Of a DNA stretch of 32,000 bases, positions 1 to 8,583 are shown one piece after another; the first letter of the stretch is position 1; every line of letters starts with the position of its first letter. Origin of the DNA: Candidatus Paracaedimonas acanthamoebae (GTDB taxonomy: Bacteria; Pseudomonadota; Alphaproteobacteria; Caedimonadales; Caedimonadaceae). The position numbers and the translations under genes were made by a program. Location of the stretch: contig CP008936.1 of the NCBI GenBank assembly GCA_000743035.1, positions 510,001 to 542,000 of the forward strand. Reading direction: 5' to 3'. The notes under the pieces were generated by a model. That model was not told the origin of the DNA, did not search any database, and saw nothing but the letters and a program-made list of their open reading frames with translations.

Positions 1-203
1 TTCCGCCGATTCTGATTATCAGGCTCCTCAAGGCAAGCTGCCATATGAGAAGTCATCTCGCCTTCCAGAGCTGCTTCTAAAAACTCCTTTATTAAAGACG
101 TGAGAATACCATCTTTCCCAACAAGACTCTTACCTGCTTTTAAATCAGAAATCGCTTGATTCTTAAAATCTTCAAAGTTAAATGAAGTCTCTTTCTTCTC
201 TAC
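1..203 (-). mobile_element. IS256-family (mutator-type) transposase, N-terminal fragment running off the left edge; no in-frame start codon visible
   Basis: Reverse-strand translation reads VEKKETSFNFEDFKNQAISDLKAGKSLVGKDGILTSLIKEFLEAALEGEMTSHMAACLEEPDNQNRR. From memory this matches the conserved IS256/mutator transposase N-terminus (GKDG..L.K..LE.ALEGE...H.....NRRNG). The frame is closed by TGA (204-206) with no ATG/GTG/TTG after it. Confidence 0.6.
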
Positions 204-295
204 TCACATCTGTCAATCCTTTCTCTATAACAATTACATCATTATCAGAATTGACACAGTTGTCTAAATACTCCCTACTTAATTTCTGTATATAA

Positions 296-332
296 AAATA
301 ACCAACCTCCTTGAGGAAAAGGTTGGTTATTT
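296..332 (-). terminator. Rho-independent terminator candidate for CDS 358..1128
   Basis: 13-bp perfect inverted repeat AAATAACCAACCT (296-308) / AGGTTGGTTATTT (320-332) with an 11-nt loop, 25 nt past the stop. On the minus strand the stem runs into a T-rich tail (GGTTATTTTTATATAC). Confidence 0.55.
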
Positions 333-357
333 CATTACTTGTTATGACTAAATTTTT

Positions 358-1128
358 TTAATCTCTTTGAAAGATACTGTTGAATAAACGTGCTAGGACC
401 TCTTTGAGAATGTTAGATTTCTCTGCTCCTACTAAACTGGCACGTTCTGTTTTTACATCATCCTCACTTCCATCTTCAGAAATAAAGACATTATAGTGAT
501 CTTTATTTGTACTATCTTCATAAACAATATTCATTGATAGAGTTCCTGGAACATAAGTGAGGACACGGTGAATGACATCTGTTGACATTATGACAACAGC
601 ATTCTCTCTAGCCTTTTCAATTTGATCTTGATGCAAATAAGTTTGGCCAGAAACATCAAAGCCTTTTTGAAGCTTATTCACTTTAAAGATGGTGTATTTG
701 CTGTCATCCTGAGAGGCATCACTTTTAATATAAAGAGCATGTCGATAACCTCCATTAACAATATAGCTCTCAAATAACTTTGGATGGTCATGAATACTTT
801 CCTCTAGTATTTGTGTTGAGCTGTCTATTGGCCAATAATGTAGTCTTAATTTTTCAGCAGACTTAAGATAACTAGGTGCTGGTATATTTATACGGTAAAA
901 GCCAGATTCATTCTTCTCAACAACAAGTTCATCTTGATGTTCTTGCATGTACTTGTGAGAATAATCTATTAAAGCGAGCCATTCTTCTTTGCTTTGTCTG
1001 CTTCTAGTGACCTCACTAATGCTGTGTTCTTCAGTGCTAATAGGGCTTGCTGTTAATGTACTTGTGTTAAGAAGTAAGCTTATATAAACAACAGCTTTTA
1101 AGATGGGTTGATATTTAAAATTACGCAT
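358..1128 (-). CDS. secreted hypothetical protein (signal-peptide-like N-terminus)
   Basis: 256-aa ORF. AAGGAG (reverse of 1137-1142) lies 8 nt upstream of the ATG. Hydrophobic N-terminus AVVYISLLLNTSTLTASP. No family recognised. The IHDHP..F.S motif might be a metal site, but that is speculative. Confidence 0.6.
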   Translation of the reverse strand: MRNFKYQPILKAVVYISLLLNTSTLTASPISTEEHSISEVTRSRQSKEEWLALIDYSHKYMQEHQDELVVEKNESGFYRINIPAPSYLKSAEKLRLHYWPIDSSTQILEESIHDHPKLFESYIVNGGYRHALYIKSDASQDDSKYTIFKVNKLQKGFDVSGQTYLHQDQIEKARENAVVIMSTDVIHRVLTYVPGTLSMNIVYEDSTNKDHYNVFISEDGSEDDVKTERASLVGAEKSNILKEVLARLFNSIFQRD

Positions 1129-1453
1129 AATATAATCTCCTTGTTAATAATCAATTTAGAAAGGTTGCAGCCTTTCTGACGTTGTAAGAGAAGGCCACCA
1201 TGGTCTTCTCTTTTCTTGTTTTCTGCTCATGCACTTTTCACAGAACACTCACAGTAACAGCTTGATGATGTTAAGAATTTTTATGTGGTTCTATAGGACT
1301 GTAGACATAGGACGAAGTCTGAAAGGTTGTCTGATAATATATTTTAGTCTATCTTCTTTCATGCTAGCTTGGTCATGAGATAAGAATGTCTAATAAATAG
1401 AACCTTCCCATTAGCCTAATGGTGGTTATTTTATAAAAAGGGTCGTCTAAATT

Positions 1454-3154
1454 ATGCGGAAAGATGAAATTGCCCTTACGCATGAAATTTATTCAGAACA
1501 TTTAACAAAAATTAATGGTATCGACGTTTCTTATAGAGAAATAGATGTTATTGCATGCTTGGTAGCCTCTAAAACCCCAGGTGAAATAGCGCAGTTTTTA
1601 GATATTGATAAAAGAACTGTTAGCACTCATATCAAGAATATCAAGAAATCATTTAATCTAAATTCCACAAAACAAATTGAAGCTACTATTCGCAACTCAG
1701 ATAAATTTGAACTAATTCAAAATAAATATCTTCAAAGTTTATGCATCCGTGCAAAATTTGAATCACAACTAAAGAAATTTTCTCGTATTATAAAAGGCGA
1801 AAAAACCTTCTGTTATGAGTTTAATCAGCAAGACAAGAAAAATGTAAGCCTTCTTATTAATCAACTTAAAAGTCATTTAAAATATGCTGGAATTTCTGCA
1901 AGGGAAAAAACAACACAAGGCTATAAGCCTTTCTATGAGATCTTTCCGAGTGTAAATGAAGACACAAACTATACACTGTATCTTATTGCTCAAGGTTTAA
2001 CTAACGATGTTATTAAAATTAGGCATTCAATAAGCTTGGAATCAAAAAATGGAACTGGAGAAATAATTCTTGTTCAACAAAAGGATTCCATCCCTAATGA
2101 TGTTCCTAAGCAATCACATAAAGCTCAACAGACTTTATCTTTAGAAAATGAAAACTATTATTTTGCGATATTCTCAGTATTGAGAGAGCTTTACCCTTAT
2201 GTAAACGCTAGTCAATTAACTTCAGATTTTAAAGAAGCACTTAAAAAATTATCGAGCCTTAATGAAAATAACTCTGGTATTTTTAACAATGTACAGCATG
2301 GTTTTTTAAAAAGTTTTCAGCCGTATAAAAAGTGGGTTTTTGGTGGAGGGGTTATCTGCGTTAGTATTATAGCTATTTTAGCTTGCACGCTTAACGACAA
2401 AAAAGTAGGTGAACTATCATACAATTATCAAGCGCTCGGAAAAAAACAGATAGAAAAGACTTGGAATTTACCTGCGTCTCTTGATTATTACACAGAAAGA
2501 AAAGAGTTAACTGCTAAAATTTGGAGTATCTTGTCAAGCTCTGACAGTAAACAAGCATTAGTTAGCCTTTATGGTTTAGGCGGGGTAGGTAAGACCACAT
2601 TGGCAACAAATATCATCCTCAATCCCCAGAATAACTACACATTTAGAGGCTGGTTTAGTGCAGGAACTGAAGATTTATTAAAGGCTGATTATTTCTTGTT
2701 GGGAGAAAAGTATCATTTGTTTTCTAAAGATATGTCAGATGCCTCAAAGATTAGAGCTGTTAAAGAGTGGCTAGATACTCAATCAAGTTCTCTTCTTGTT
2801 TATGATAATGTGCCAGATATAGAGATGTTAAAAGAATTCCTTCCTTATAAAGGACATATTCTAATAACTTCAACAAATTATAGACTTCCAAAAGCTATAG
2901 AAGTTGATAGCATGACGGAGTCAGAAGCTCTAAAGTTTGTAAGCAAAATTATTCCAAAATCATTCCAAGAGAAGAGTAATTATCCTTATGAAATTAAGAA
3001 ATTAATAGAGATGCTCGGGCGTCTTCCTTTAGCTCTATCTCAAGCAAGCTATTATATTTATGAAAATAAGCTTAGTCTCACAGAATATTTAAAGCTTTAT
3101 GCTACACGCCATGATGCCCTTCTTAGATTAAAGTGTTTACCACCTGGACATTAA
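1454..3154 (+). CDS. STAND/NLR-like protein, N-terminal part: LuxR-type HTH + TM helix + NB-ARC NTPase; ends at an in-frame TAA (3152-3154)
   Basis: LuxR/GerE HTH (SYREIDVIACLVASKTPGEIAQFLDIDKRTVSTHIKNIKKSF). One TM helix (WVFGGGVICVSIIAILACTL). NB-ARC motifs: Walker A GLGGVGKTTLA, Walker B LLVYDNV, ILITSTN, GRLPLAL. Confidence 0.8.
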   Translation: MRKDEIALTHEIYSEHLTKINGIDVSYREIDVIACLVASKTPGEIAQFLDIDKRTVSTHIKNIKKSFNLNSTKQIEATIRNSDKFELIQNKYLQSLCIRAKFESQLKKFSRIIKGEKTFCYEFNQQDKKNVSLLINQLKSHLKYAGISAREKTTQGYKPFYEIFPSVNEDTNYTLYLIAQGLTNDVIKIRHSISLESKNGTGEIILVQQKDSIPNDVPKQSHKAQQTLSLENENYYFAIFSVLRELYPYVNASQLTSDFKEALKKLSSLNENNSGIFNNVQHGFLKSFQPYKKWVFGGGVICVSIIAILACTLNDKKVGELSYNYQALGKKQIEKTWNLPASLDYYTERKELTAKIWSILSSSDSKQALVSLYGLGGVGKTTLATNIILNPQNNYTFRGWFSAGTEDLLKADYFLLGEKYHLFSKDMSDASKIRAVKEWLDTQSSSLLVYDNVPDIEMLKEFLPYKGHILITSTNYRLPKAIEVDSMTESEALKFVSKIIPKSFQEKSNYPYEIKKLIEMLGRLPLALSQASYYIYENKLSLTEYLKLYATRHDALLRLKCLPPGH

Positions 3155-3286
3155 CATGAGTCCGTCTATGTCACTTGGGATATAAATATCAAGAAAATTC
3201 AAGAGCTACCAGGTGGGAGAGAAGCGTTAAATCTACTTGATTTTATTGCGTATTGCTATTCAGAAAATATTCCTACAAGATTACTA

Positions 3287-4693
3287 ATGCAATATTTGTA
3301 TAAAAACACAGAAGATGAGATGTTAATTTACTTTCACAAAACCTTAAATATATTAAGGCGATATTCTCTTATAAAAGTTTTACCTAATTCTGTATCTATC
3401 CACCGGCTAGTACAACAATTTATCAGGAATAATCATGATAAGGTTTTAACTAGTAAAATTATTACCTTAGGTACAAATTCTATGGCAGCCATCTATCCCT
3501 TTAAATCAGAGCAGAAGAAGGATGTTAGATTAAAAATATGTTTTCTACCGCATATTGACCATATATCTAAATTTATAACAAACAAACGAATGGATTACGA
3601 GAAAGACTTTTTGATTTTAATGAAAGCAGATGCATATCAAAGTACAAGCGATTATAGAAAAAGTATAGAGTTGTATAAATTATTAGATTCGCCCACGACA
3701 GACATTTCGAGAAATTGCTTTTTTTCTCACCAAGTATATAGTGGACTAGGTTATAATTATCGAAGGCTTGAAAACATTAATGACGCTCTTTCTTATTATA
3801 AAAAAGAATTAGCCACAAAATTAAGATGTTTTGGAAATAATAACATTACAGTTGCTGATGCTTATATAAACTTAGGTATTACCTATTTTCATCTAGAAAA
3901 AAGAAAAGAATCTCAAGAAGCTTACTATAAAGCAAAAGAGATATTTTTACAAAATAAGGTCAATTCTGGCGCTTCTTATGCTCGCATGATAAATGGGCTA
4001 GGCTTATTAGATTATGCAGATAGAAAATATGAGGATGCTAAAGAAAATTTTGATCAAGCTTACCATATTGCTAAAAAATATTATGGGGAGGAACATAAAG
4101 ATACAGCTTTATATGCACACAATAGAGCAACAGCATGTGCTATATATGGAAGCTTAGCAGAAGCATACAATTTATTTAAATATACTTTGTACCTTCATGA
4201 AAATGAATATGGTGCAAATAATAAAATTACTTCGTGGCCATTACATAGCCTTGGTGAAATTAGCTATTTAATGGGTAATTTAAAAGAAAGTAGAAATTAT
4301 TTTGATAGAGTTGTACGGATTGTAAGGCATAATAAATTGGAGTTTTCTCCAAATGAACTTAATAGTTTAGCTGTCATTGATTTTCTTGAAGGGGAAAAAG
4401 AAAGAAGTCTAGAGAGATTAGAAAAGGCTTATAAGAAATATTTAGATAAAAATGGAGTAAAGAGTCAAAATACTTGTTTCGTTCTTCTTAATTTGAGCGT
4501 AATTCACAGAAAGCTAAATAACATCAAAGAATACAATCATTATTATAATAAGGCTAAAGAATCTTTTTTAATAATTTATGGTAAAGAGTCAATCAAAGCT
4601 TTTGAAGAAATACAAAAACAGGGATTACTTTTTGCTGGAATAATTTGTCTTGACAGAGCAATTCATAATATTATGATTAATAATGTAAAGTAG
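3287..4693 (+). CDS. STAND/NLR-like protein, C-terminal part: end of NB-ARC winged helix + TPR repeats (continuation of 1454..3154)
   Basis: Same frame as 1454..3154. The frame is open from 3155 (HESVYVTWDINIKKIQELPGGREALNLLDFIAYCYSENIPTRLL). There is no SD before the ATG at 3287. TPR-like repeats include ADAYINLGITYFHLEKRKESQEAYYKAKEIF and ARMINGLGLLDYADRKYEDAKENFDQAYHIAKKYYG. Confidence 0.75.
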   Translation: MQYLYKNTEDEMLIYFHKTLNILRRYSLIKVLPNSVSIHRLVQQFIRNNHDKVLTSKIITLGTNSMAAIYPFKSEQKKDVRLKICFLPHIDHISKFITNKRMDYEKDFLILMKADAYQSTSDYRKSIELYKLLDSPTTDISRNCFFSHQVYSGLGYNYRRLENINDALSYYKKELATKLRCFGNNNITVADAYINLGITYFHLEKRKESQEAYYKAKEIFLQNKVNSGASYARMINGLGLLDYADRKYEDAKENFDQAYHIAKKYYGEEHKDTALYAHNRATACAIYGSLAEAYNLFKYTLYLHENEYGANNKITSWPLHSLGEISYLMGNLKESRNYFDRVVRIVRHNKLEFSPNELNSLAVIDFLEGEKERSLERLEKAYKKYLDKNGVKSQNTCFVLLNLSVIHRKLNNIKEYNHYYNKAKESFLIIYGKESIKAFEEIQKQGLLFAGIICLDRAIHNIMINNVK

Positions 4694-4702
4694 GAGGATA
4701 AC

Positions 4703-4882
4703 ATGAAGAAAGTATGGATGTCTCTAGTTTTATTAACAATTTCTTTTGCAAACACCAATTCTATAAATGCTAGTGATGTAGTGAATGAGGATGTATCAGG
4801 TCCCTCAGGACCAACAACTGTATCAAGTGATCCAACTCCACTAGAAATCTCAAAAATGGGACCAACTGGGCCTAACGGATAA
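4703..4882 (+). CDS. small secreted pre-peptide (59 aa), below the ORF-track cutoff
   Basis: ATG at 4703 preceded by TAGGAGGA (4691-4698), which overlaps the upstream stop. Product is MKKVWMSLVLLTISFANTNSINA/SDVVNEDVSGPSGPTTVSSDPTPLEISKMGPTGPNG: a classic n-h-c signal peptide followed by an acidic Gly-Pro-rich tail. Confidence 0.45.
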   Translation: MKKVWMSLVLLTISFANTNSINASDVVNEDVSGPSGPTTVSSDPTPLEISKMGPTGPNG

Positions 4883-5000
4883 GATACAAGTAGATAGAAG
4901 ATAAGTTTGGCTACAATTTGGCGTCATAAATGATCTAGTAAAAATGGTTAATGATTTAAATTAGATAGTATTGACGTCGAATTGCTAGCTAAATGTAGGT

Positions 5001-5183
5001 TTAAGTTCTTTTCAAGCACTCAGATAAGGGCATAAATGTTTCTTGTGAGGATGAGAATAGCTTTAAATTTTCCTTTAGCTCTTGAACATTTTTGCGAAGT
5101 GAACTCGTTTCTTTCTTGAGATCCTCACTCATAAGCAAAAGCTTATGATAAAGGGATTGTTGTTCTTCTTGCAGTTCAGACAT
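5001..5183 (-). CDS. small coiled-coil hypothetical protein
   Basis: 60-aa ORF with heptad-like charged sequence and only a weak SD (AGGAAC). No homology recognised. Confidence 0.3.
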   Translation of the reverse strand: MSELQEEQQSLYHKLLLMSEDLKKETSSLRKNVQELKENLKLFSSSQETFMPLSECLKRT

Positions 5184-5255
5184 GATTTGTTCCTGTAGTT
5201 ACAGAAAGATCAAAAGTTTTGACTCTACTCTGTGGTTGAAGCTGGTAATCCATTT

Positions 5256-6241
5256 TAAGCTTAGTGATAACCCGAACTATGGATAAGAGATATTAGTTAA
5301 CATATTGAAAGTATTGAGGTAGTCTCGATTTGAAAAAAATAGGGAGATACCTCAATGGGGATAGATTACGATAGATTGTTTTATTTTGTCGATAACTTTT
5401 GTAAAGGCTTTGAGCCCTGGTATAAGAAGCAATTAGTTTCTGGCCATTTGATGAGACGCCGGAGGGAAGGTCATCTAACACTGTCTGAAGTATTGACAAT
5501 CTTAATTGCGTATCATCAATCTGGGATGGCTTGTTTTAAATATTTTTATCTGGACTTATGTCGTTATCATCGTCATTTATTCCCAAGACTTGTGCATTAT
5601 GACCGTTTTACTTCTGTTATCAAACAAGTCTTTCCAGCACTAATTTGTTTCCTCAAGAGCTTAACGGGAGAGAGTACAGAATACTTGTTTATTGATTCAA
5701 CTCCTATGGCTGTTTGCCACAATTTACGAGAGAAGAAGCATAAGGTTTTTAAAGGTCTCGCTGCTAAAGGCAAGACTTCCACAGGATGGTTCTTTGGCCT
5801 GAAGATTCACCTGATCCTTAACACCCATGGTGAAATTGTTCGTCTCGCGATCACGCCTGGCAATGTTAATGACAAAACTCCTGTGGCAGAGATGGTCAGA
5901 GGGATTACAGCCAAACTCATTGGCGACAAAGGATATCTCTCTCAAAAGCTCTTCTCTCAATTATTTGAAAAGGGCATCACCCTCATTACCAAAATTAAAA
6001 GAAATATGAAGAACATCCTTATGGAAACCGTAGATAAATTGATGTTGATGAAACGGTCTTTTATTGAAACTATATTTTCTTCTCTCAAGTCTTTAAATAC
6101 CTTGATCCATCATAGACATCGTAACCCTATCAACGCTTTCACTCATCTCTTAGCTGGGCTTATCAATTACCAAATCAGACACGACAAACCTTCCTTACAT
6201 TCAATGCTAAAACTTAATCCTTAAACGTAGTTCGGGTTATC
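5256..6241 (+). mobile_element. complete IS982-family insertion sequence with target-site duplication
   Basis: 14-bp perfect terminal inverted repeats GATAACCCGAACTA (5256-5269) / TAGTTCGGGTTATC (6228-6241). Flanked by the direct repeat TTAGT (5251-5255 and 6242-6246). A single transposase ORF lies inside. Confidence 0.85.
5355..6224 (+). CDS. IS982-family DDE transposase
   Basis: 289 aa with the N-terminal LFYFVDNFCK block, FIDSTP, and GDKGY around the third acidic residue. This is the typical IS982/DDE_Tnp_1 look (recall). Confidence 0.9.
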   Translation: MGIDYDRLFYFVDNFCKGFEPWYKKQLVSGHLMRRRREGHLTLSEVLTILIAYHQSGMACFKYFYLDLCRYHRHLFPRLVHYDRFTSVIKQVFPALICFLKSLTGESTEYLFIDSTPMAVCHNLREKKHKVFKGLAAKGKTSTGWFFGLKIHLILNTHGEIVRLAITPGNVNDKTPVAEMVRGITAKLIGDKGYLSQKLFSQLFEKGITLITKIKRNMKNILMETVDKLMLMKRSFIETIFSSLKSLNTLIHHRHRNPINAFTHLLAGLINYQIRHDKPSLHSMLKLNP

Positions 6242-6499
6242 TTAGTATATCTCAGTCATAACCAATCTTGCATTTATTCCGGCTTAATGTTTTTTTGAGT
6301 TTTATCCTCATAAAATTTTAGCATTCATTTGGTGCTTCCTTCCATAGGTTGGATATGAGCCAGAGAGTACGGGCTTTTTATGATAGATGTTAAAGCCCTT
6401 GAATTATGTAAAACGTCAGTTTTGGATTAAGAAAGAACGTTTACAAGAAGTTTAAGTCTCTTTTTTCTAGATTTAGAGATTTATCTGGGAAGAGACTGT

Positions 6500-6640
6500 A
6501 TGAAGAAAGATATTACAAAACTATTCTGCGTTGTTGATGATTCTTGCTGTGCTGTAACTGAATATATGAAAGCTTATCTTATTGAAGGCTTTAGAAAATT
6601 CTTCTATAAAATAAGACAAACTACCGTAATCTATCATTGA
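6500..6640 (+). pseudogene. remnant of a second IS982-type transposase (N-terminal 47 codons)
   Basis: MKKDITKLFCVVDDSCCAVTEYMKAYL parallels MGIDYDRLFYFVDNFCKGFEPWYKKQL of the intact copy, then diverges and stops. Confidence 0.35.
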
Positions 6641-6674
6641 GATTATCCTTTCTTTACTTCCTTGGATAATCTCA
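6638..6674. repeat. 11-bp perfect inverted repeat (hairpin) at the end of the IS remnant
   Basis: TGAGATTATCC (6638-6648) / GGATAATCTCA (6664-6674) with a 15-nt loop. Confidence 0.6.
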
Positions 6675-6773
6675 CCTTTTAACTCATTTCAAAACTCTCT
6701 TATTTTTAATTTTCTTAGGAAAAAATTAGTATTTTGAATATACAATGGATGAAAATGCTAAAAGGAGCACAAA

Positions 6774-7325
6774 ATGAAAAAAACAACAGCTTTAACGATG
6801 GTGATTTTACTACAGACGTTTTCTTGGACGGCAGATGCTAGCAAATCTTTAACAGAACAATCAGCGGAAGTAATTGCACGTGGCGTATTAAACAATACCA
6901 TTCCCATTAAGAAATTAGAGACGTTAACTGAAAACGCGAAAACTGAAGTGGACACCCACCTTAAGAAGATGAGGACATGCCCTGCAATTTCAAAAGCGGA
7001 TCTTCTAACAAATCAAACTTTTAATATCTCACTTCCTGTTCAGCAAACACATACAAACTTTGCAAATGGTCATATTACTATCCATGGCTTGAATTATAAT
7101 ATTAAAGCAACTGAATTTTTAGTAAATGGAGCAACTGCTCACAGTGTCGATAATTTTCTTAACGGGAGATTTTATCCTTTGAATCCTTCTACTCATAATC
7201 CAACATTTGAGAATAAACCTATTCCTGGGGCTATCTCTGTAACTCAAGAAAATTGCGTGTATTCTTCTGTTGATCCTGACTATGGTTATTTTTATCTAGT
7301 CGTTGAGAAACCAGGAATTCAATAA
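6774..7325 (+). CDS. secreted hypothetical protein
   Basis: 183 aa. AAGGAG (6762-6767) lies 6 nt upstream of the ATG. Signal peptide MKKTTALTMVILLQTFSWTADA. No family recognised. Confidence 0.65.
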   Translation: MKKTTALTMVILLQTFSWTADASKSLTEQSAEVIARGVLNNTIPIKKLETLTENAKTEVDTHLKKMRTCPAISKADLLTNQTFNISLPVQQTHTNFANGHITIHGLNYNIKATEFLVNGATAHSVDNFLNGRFYPLNPSTHNPTFENKPIPGAISVTQENCVYSSVDPDYGYFYLVVEKPGIQ

Positions 7326-7395
7326 GGCTAAGGGGGACTCCACTTAAAGCATTGTAATAATAAAAAAAAGGTCCTCATATAATGTTGCGAACTTT

Positions 7396-7423
7396 ATCCT
7401 CCACTGAAGAAACAGTGGAGGAT
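7396..7423. terminator. bidirectional hairpin between convergent genes
   Basis: 11-bp perfect stem ATCCTCCACTG (7396-7406) / CAGTGGAGGAT (7413-7423) with a 6-nt loop. It lies between the stops at 7325 (+) and 7440 (-). There is no clean T-run. Confidence 0.5.
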
Positions 7424-7439
7424 TATAGTGAACCAAAAA

Positions 7440-7703
7440 TTATTCAATACGCCCTACTTCTTTTGAAATATCGATAGGGCTGCCATATTTTTTCTCTTCA
7501 AACTGGTCAAGAACATGCATCACATCAGAGGGCGCAGAATTTCCTTTAGCCCTCTTAATGAAGTCTTGTTTGTTTGCTGGAAATGAGACGCCTTTTATAT
7601 GACGTTCTACTGCAGCAGGGCTTGCTTTTTCTGGGGTGCCTCTTTCTCCTTCACTGGATTTTTGACCCCCGATAGAGCGACTGTTTTGTCTTGCATCAAC
7701 CAT
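7440..7703 (-). CDS. DUF2795-family small protein
   Basis: VERHIKGVSFPANKQDFIKRAKGNSAPSDVMHVLDQFEEKKYGSPIDISKEVG matches the recalled DUF2795 signature (yLkGvdFPa.K.dLi..A..nGAp.dV...L......Y.sp.dv.k.vg). Confidence 0.8.
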   Translation of the reverse strand: MVDARQNSRSIGGQKSSEGERGTPEKASPAAVERHIKGVSFPANKQDFIKRAKGNSAPSDVMHVLDQFEEKKYGSPIDISKEVGRIE

Positions 7704-8083
7704 GATATCACCCTTTATTATGCCATTTAAAACTAATAGACACTTAGATCTAAGAACGATGGTTAAATTTTATAGAAAAATTAATACTAAGAGTTTTTTT
7801 GAATTTTAATTACCAAAATAAGCTTTTCATTCTGGAACTAAAGGTCTCAAAGACAATAATAGGGAGAGTTTTGAGATAGTTTAAGTTTCAAATGAGCCCT
7901 TATTTCTACTCTTGTTAAAATGCGACCAAAAATCTTGATGAGAGATACAATTTAATTAGTTTATCCTTTTTCAACTTAAATTCACACTTTCTATTCTCTA
8001 CTATGAAACTTATTAACTCAACCTAACTCAATATCTTCACACCAGCATCATGCTTTGCTCAAATTTTTTAAAGGAGGTGAAAG

Positions 8084-8509
8084 ATGGGAATTGAAGTCTT
8101 GAATAAAGATGCCCAGCATGTTCATGAATGGTTAAATGAGATCATTGATGTGAGCGGATTGAGTAATAAAACACAAGCTCTGGCTTCGCTGCGTGCTGTA
8201 TTACGCGAACTTCGTGATAACATAAGAATTGAAGATTTAGCTCATTTCTCGGCGCAATTACCTATCTTTATCCGAGGGCTTTTATTTGAAAATTGGAGAC
8301 CCGTAAAACCGCCTTTAAAAGAAAGACATAAGGAAGAGTTTTTAAACTCCATACAAGAAATTTTGGAAGGTATGGGGCATGGGGAAATAGAAGCTTTGTT
8401 AGCGGCAAAAGGCGTTTTCAGTGCAATAGAAAAGCAGGTTTCTCAAGAAGAAGTTGATAAATTATTAGATATTGTTCCAAAAGGAATTTGGGAAGTTTGG
8501 AAGCCTTAA
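8084..8509 (+). CDS. DUF2267-family protein
   Basis: AGGAGG SD. LASLRAVLRELRDNIRIEDLAHFSAQLPIFIRGLLFENWRP matches the recalled DUF2267 core (Ay.aLravLhaLRDRL..eea..l.AQLP.l.RGlyyegW.p). Confidence 0.8.
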   Translation: MGIEVLNKDAQHVHEWLNEIIDVSGLSNKTQALASLRAVLRELRDNIRIEDLAHFSAQLPIFIRGLLFENWRPVKPPLKERHKEEFLNSIQEILEGMGHGEIEALLAAKGVFSAIEKQVSQEEVDKLLDIVPKGIWEVWKP

Positions 8510-8583
8510 ATTTTCTTTTAAGCACTTTTATTAAATACTTTTATAAGGGGAGACTTTAGAGACAAGGCCAAATGATCTTGTTT

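Noticed and set aside
5293-6009. ORFs 5293..5499, 5597..5782, 5724..5960 (minus) and 5827..6009 (plus)
   Set aside because: They lie entirely inside or antisense to the IS982 transposase gene, which explains the region.
7704-8083. EcfG-type general-stress promoter (GGAAC-N16-17-CGTT) between the DUF2795 and DUF2267 genes
   Set aside because: GGAAC at 7843 is not followed by CGTT at the right distance. CGTT (reverse of 7754-7757) has no GGAAC partner.
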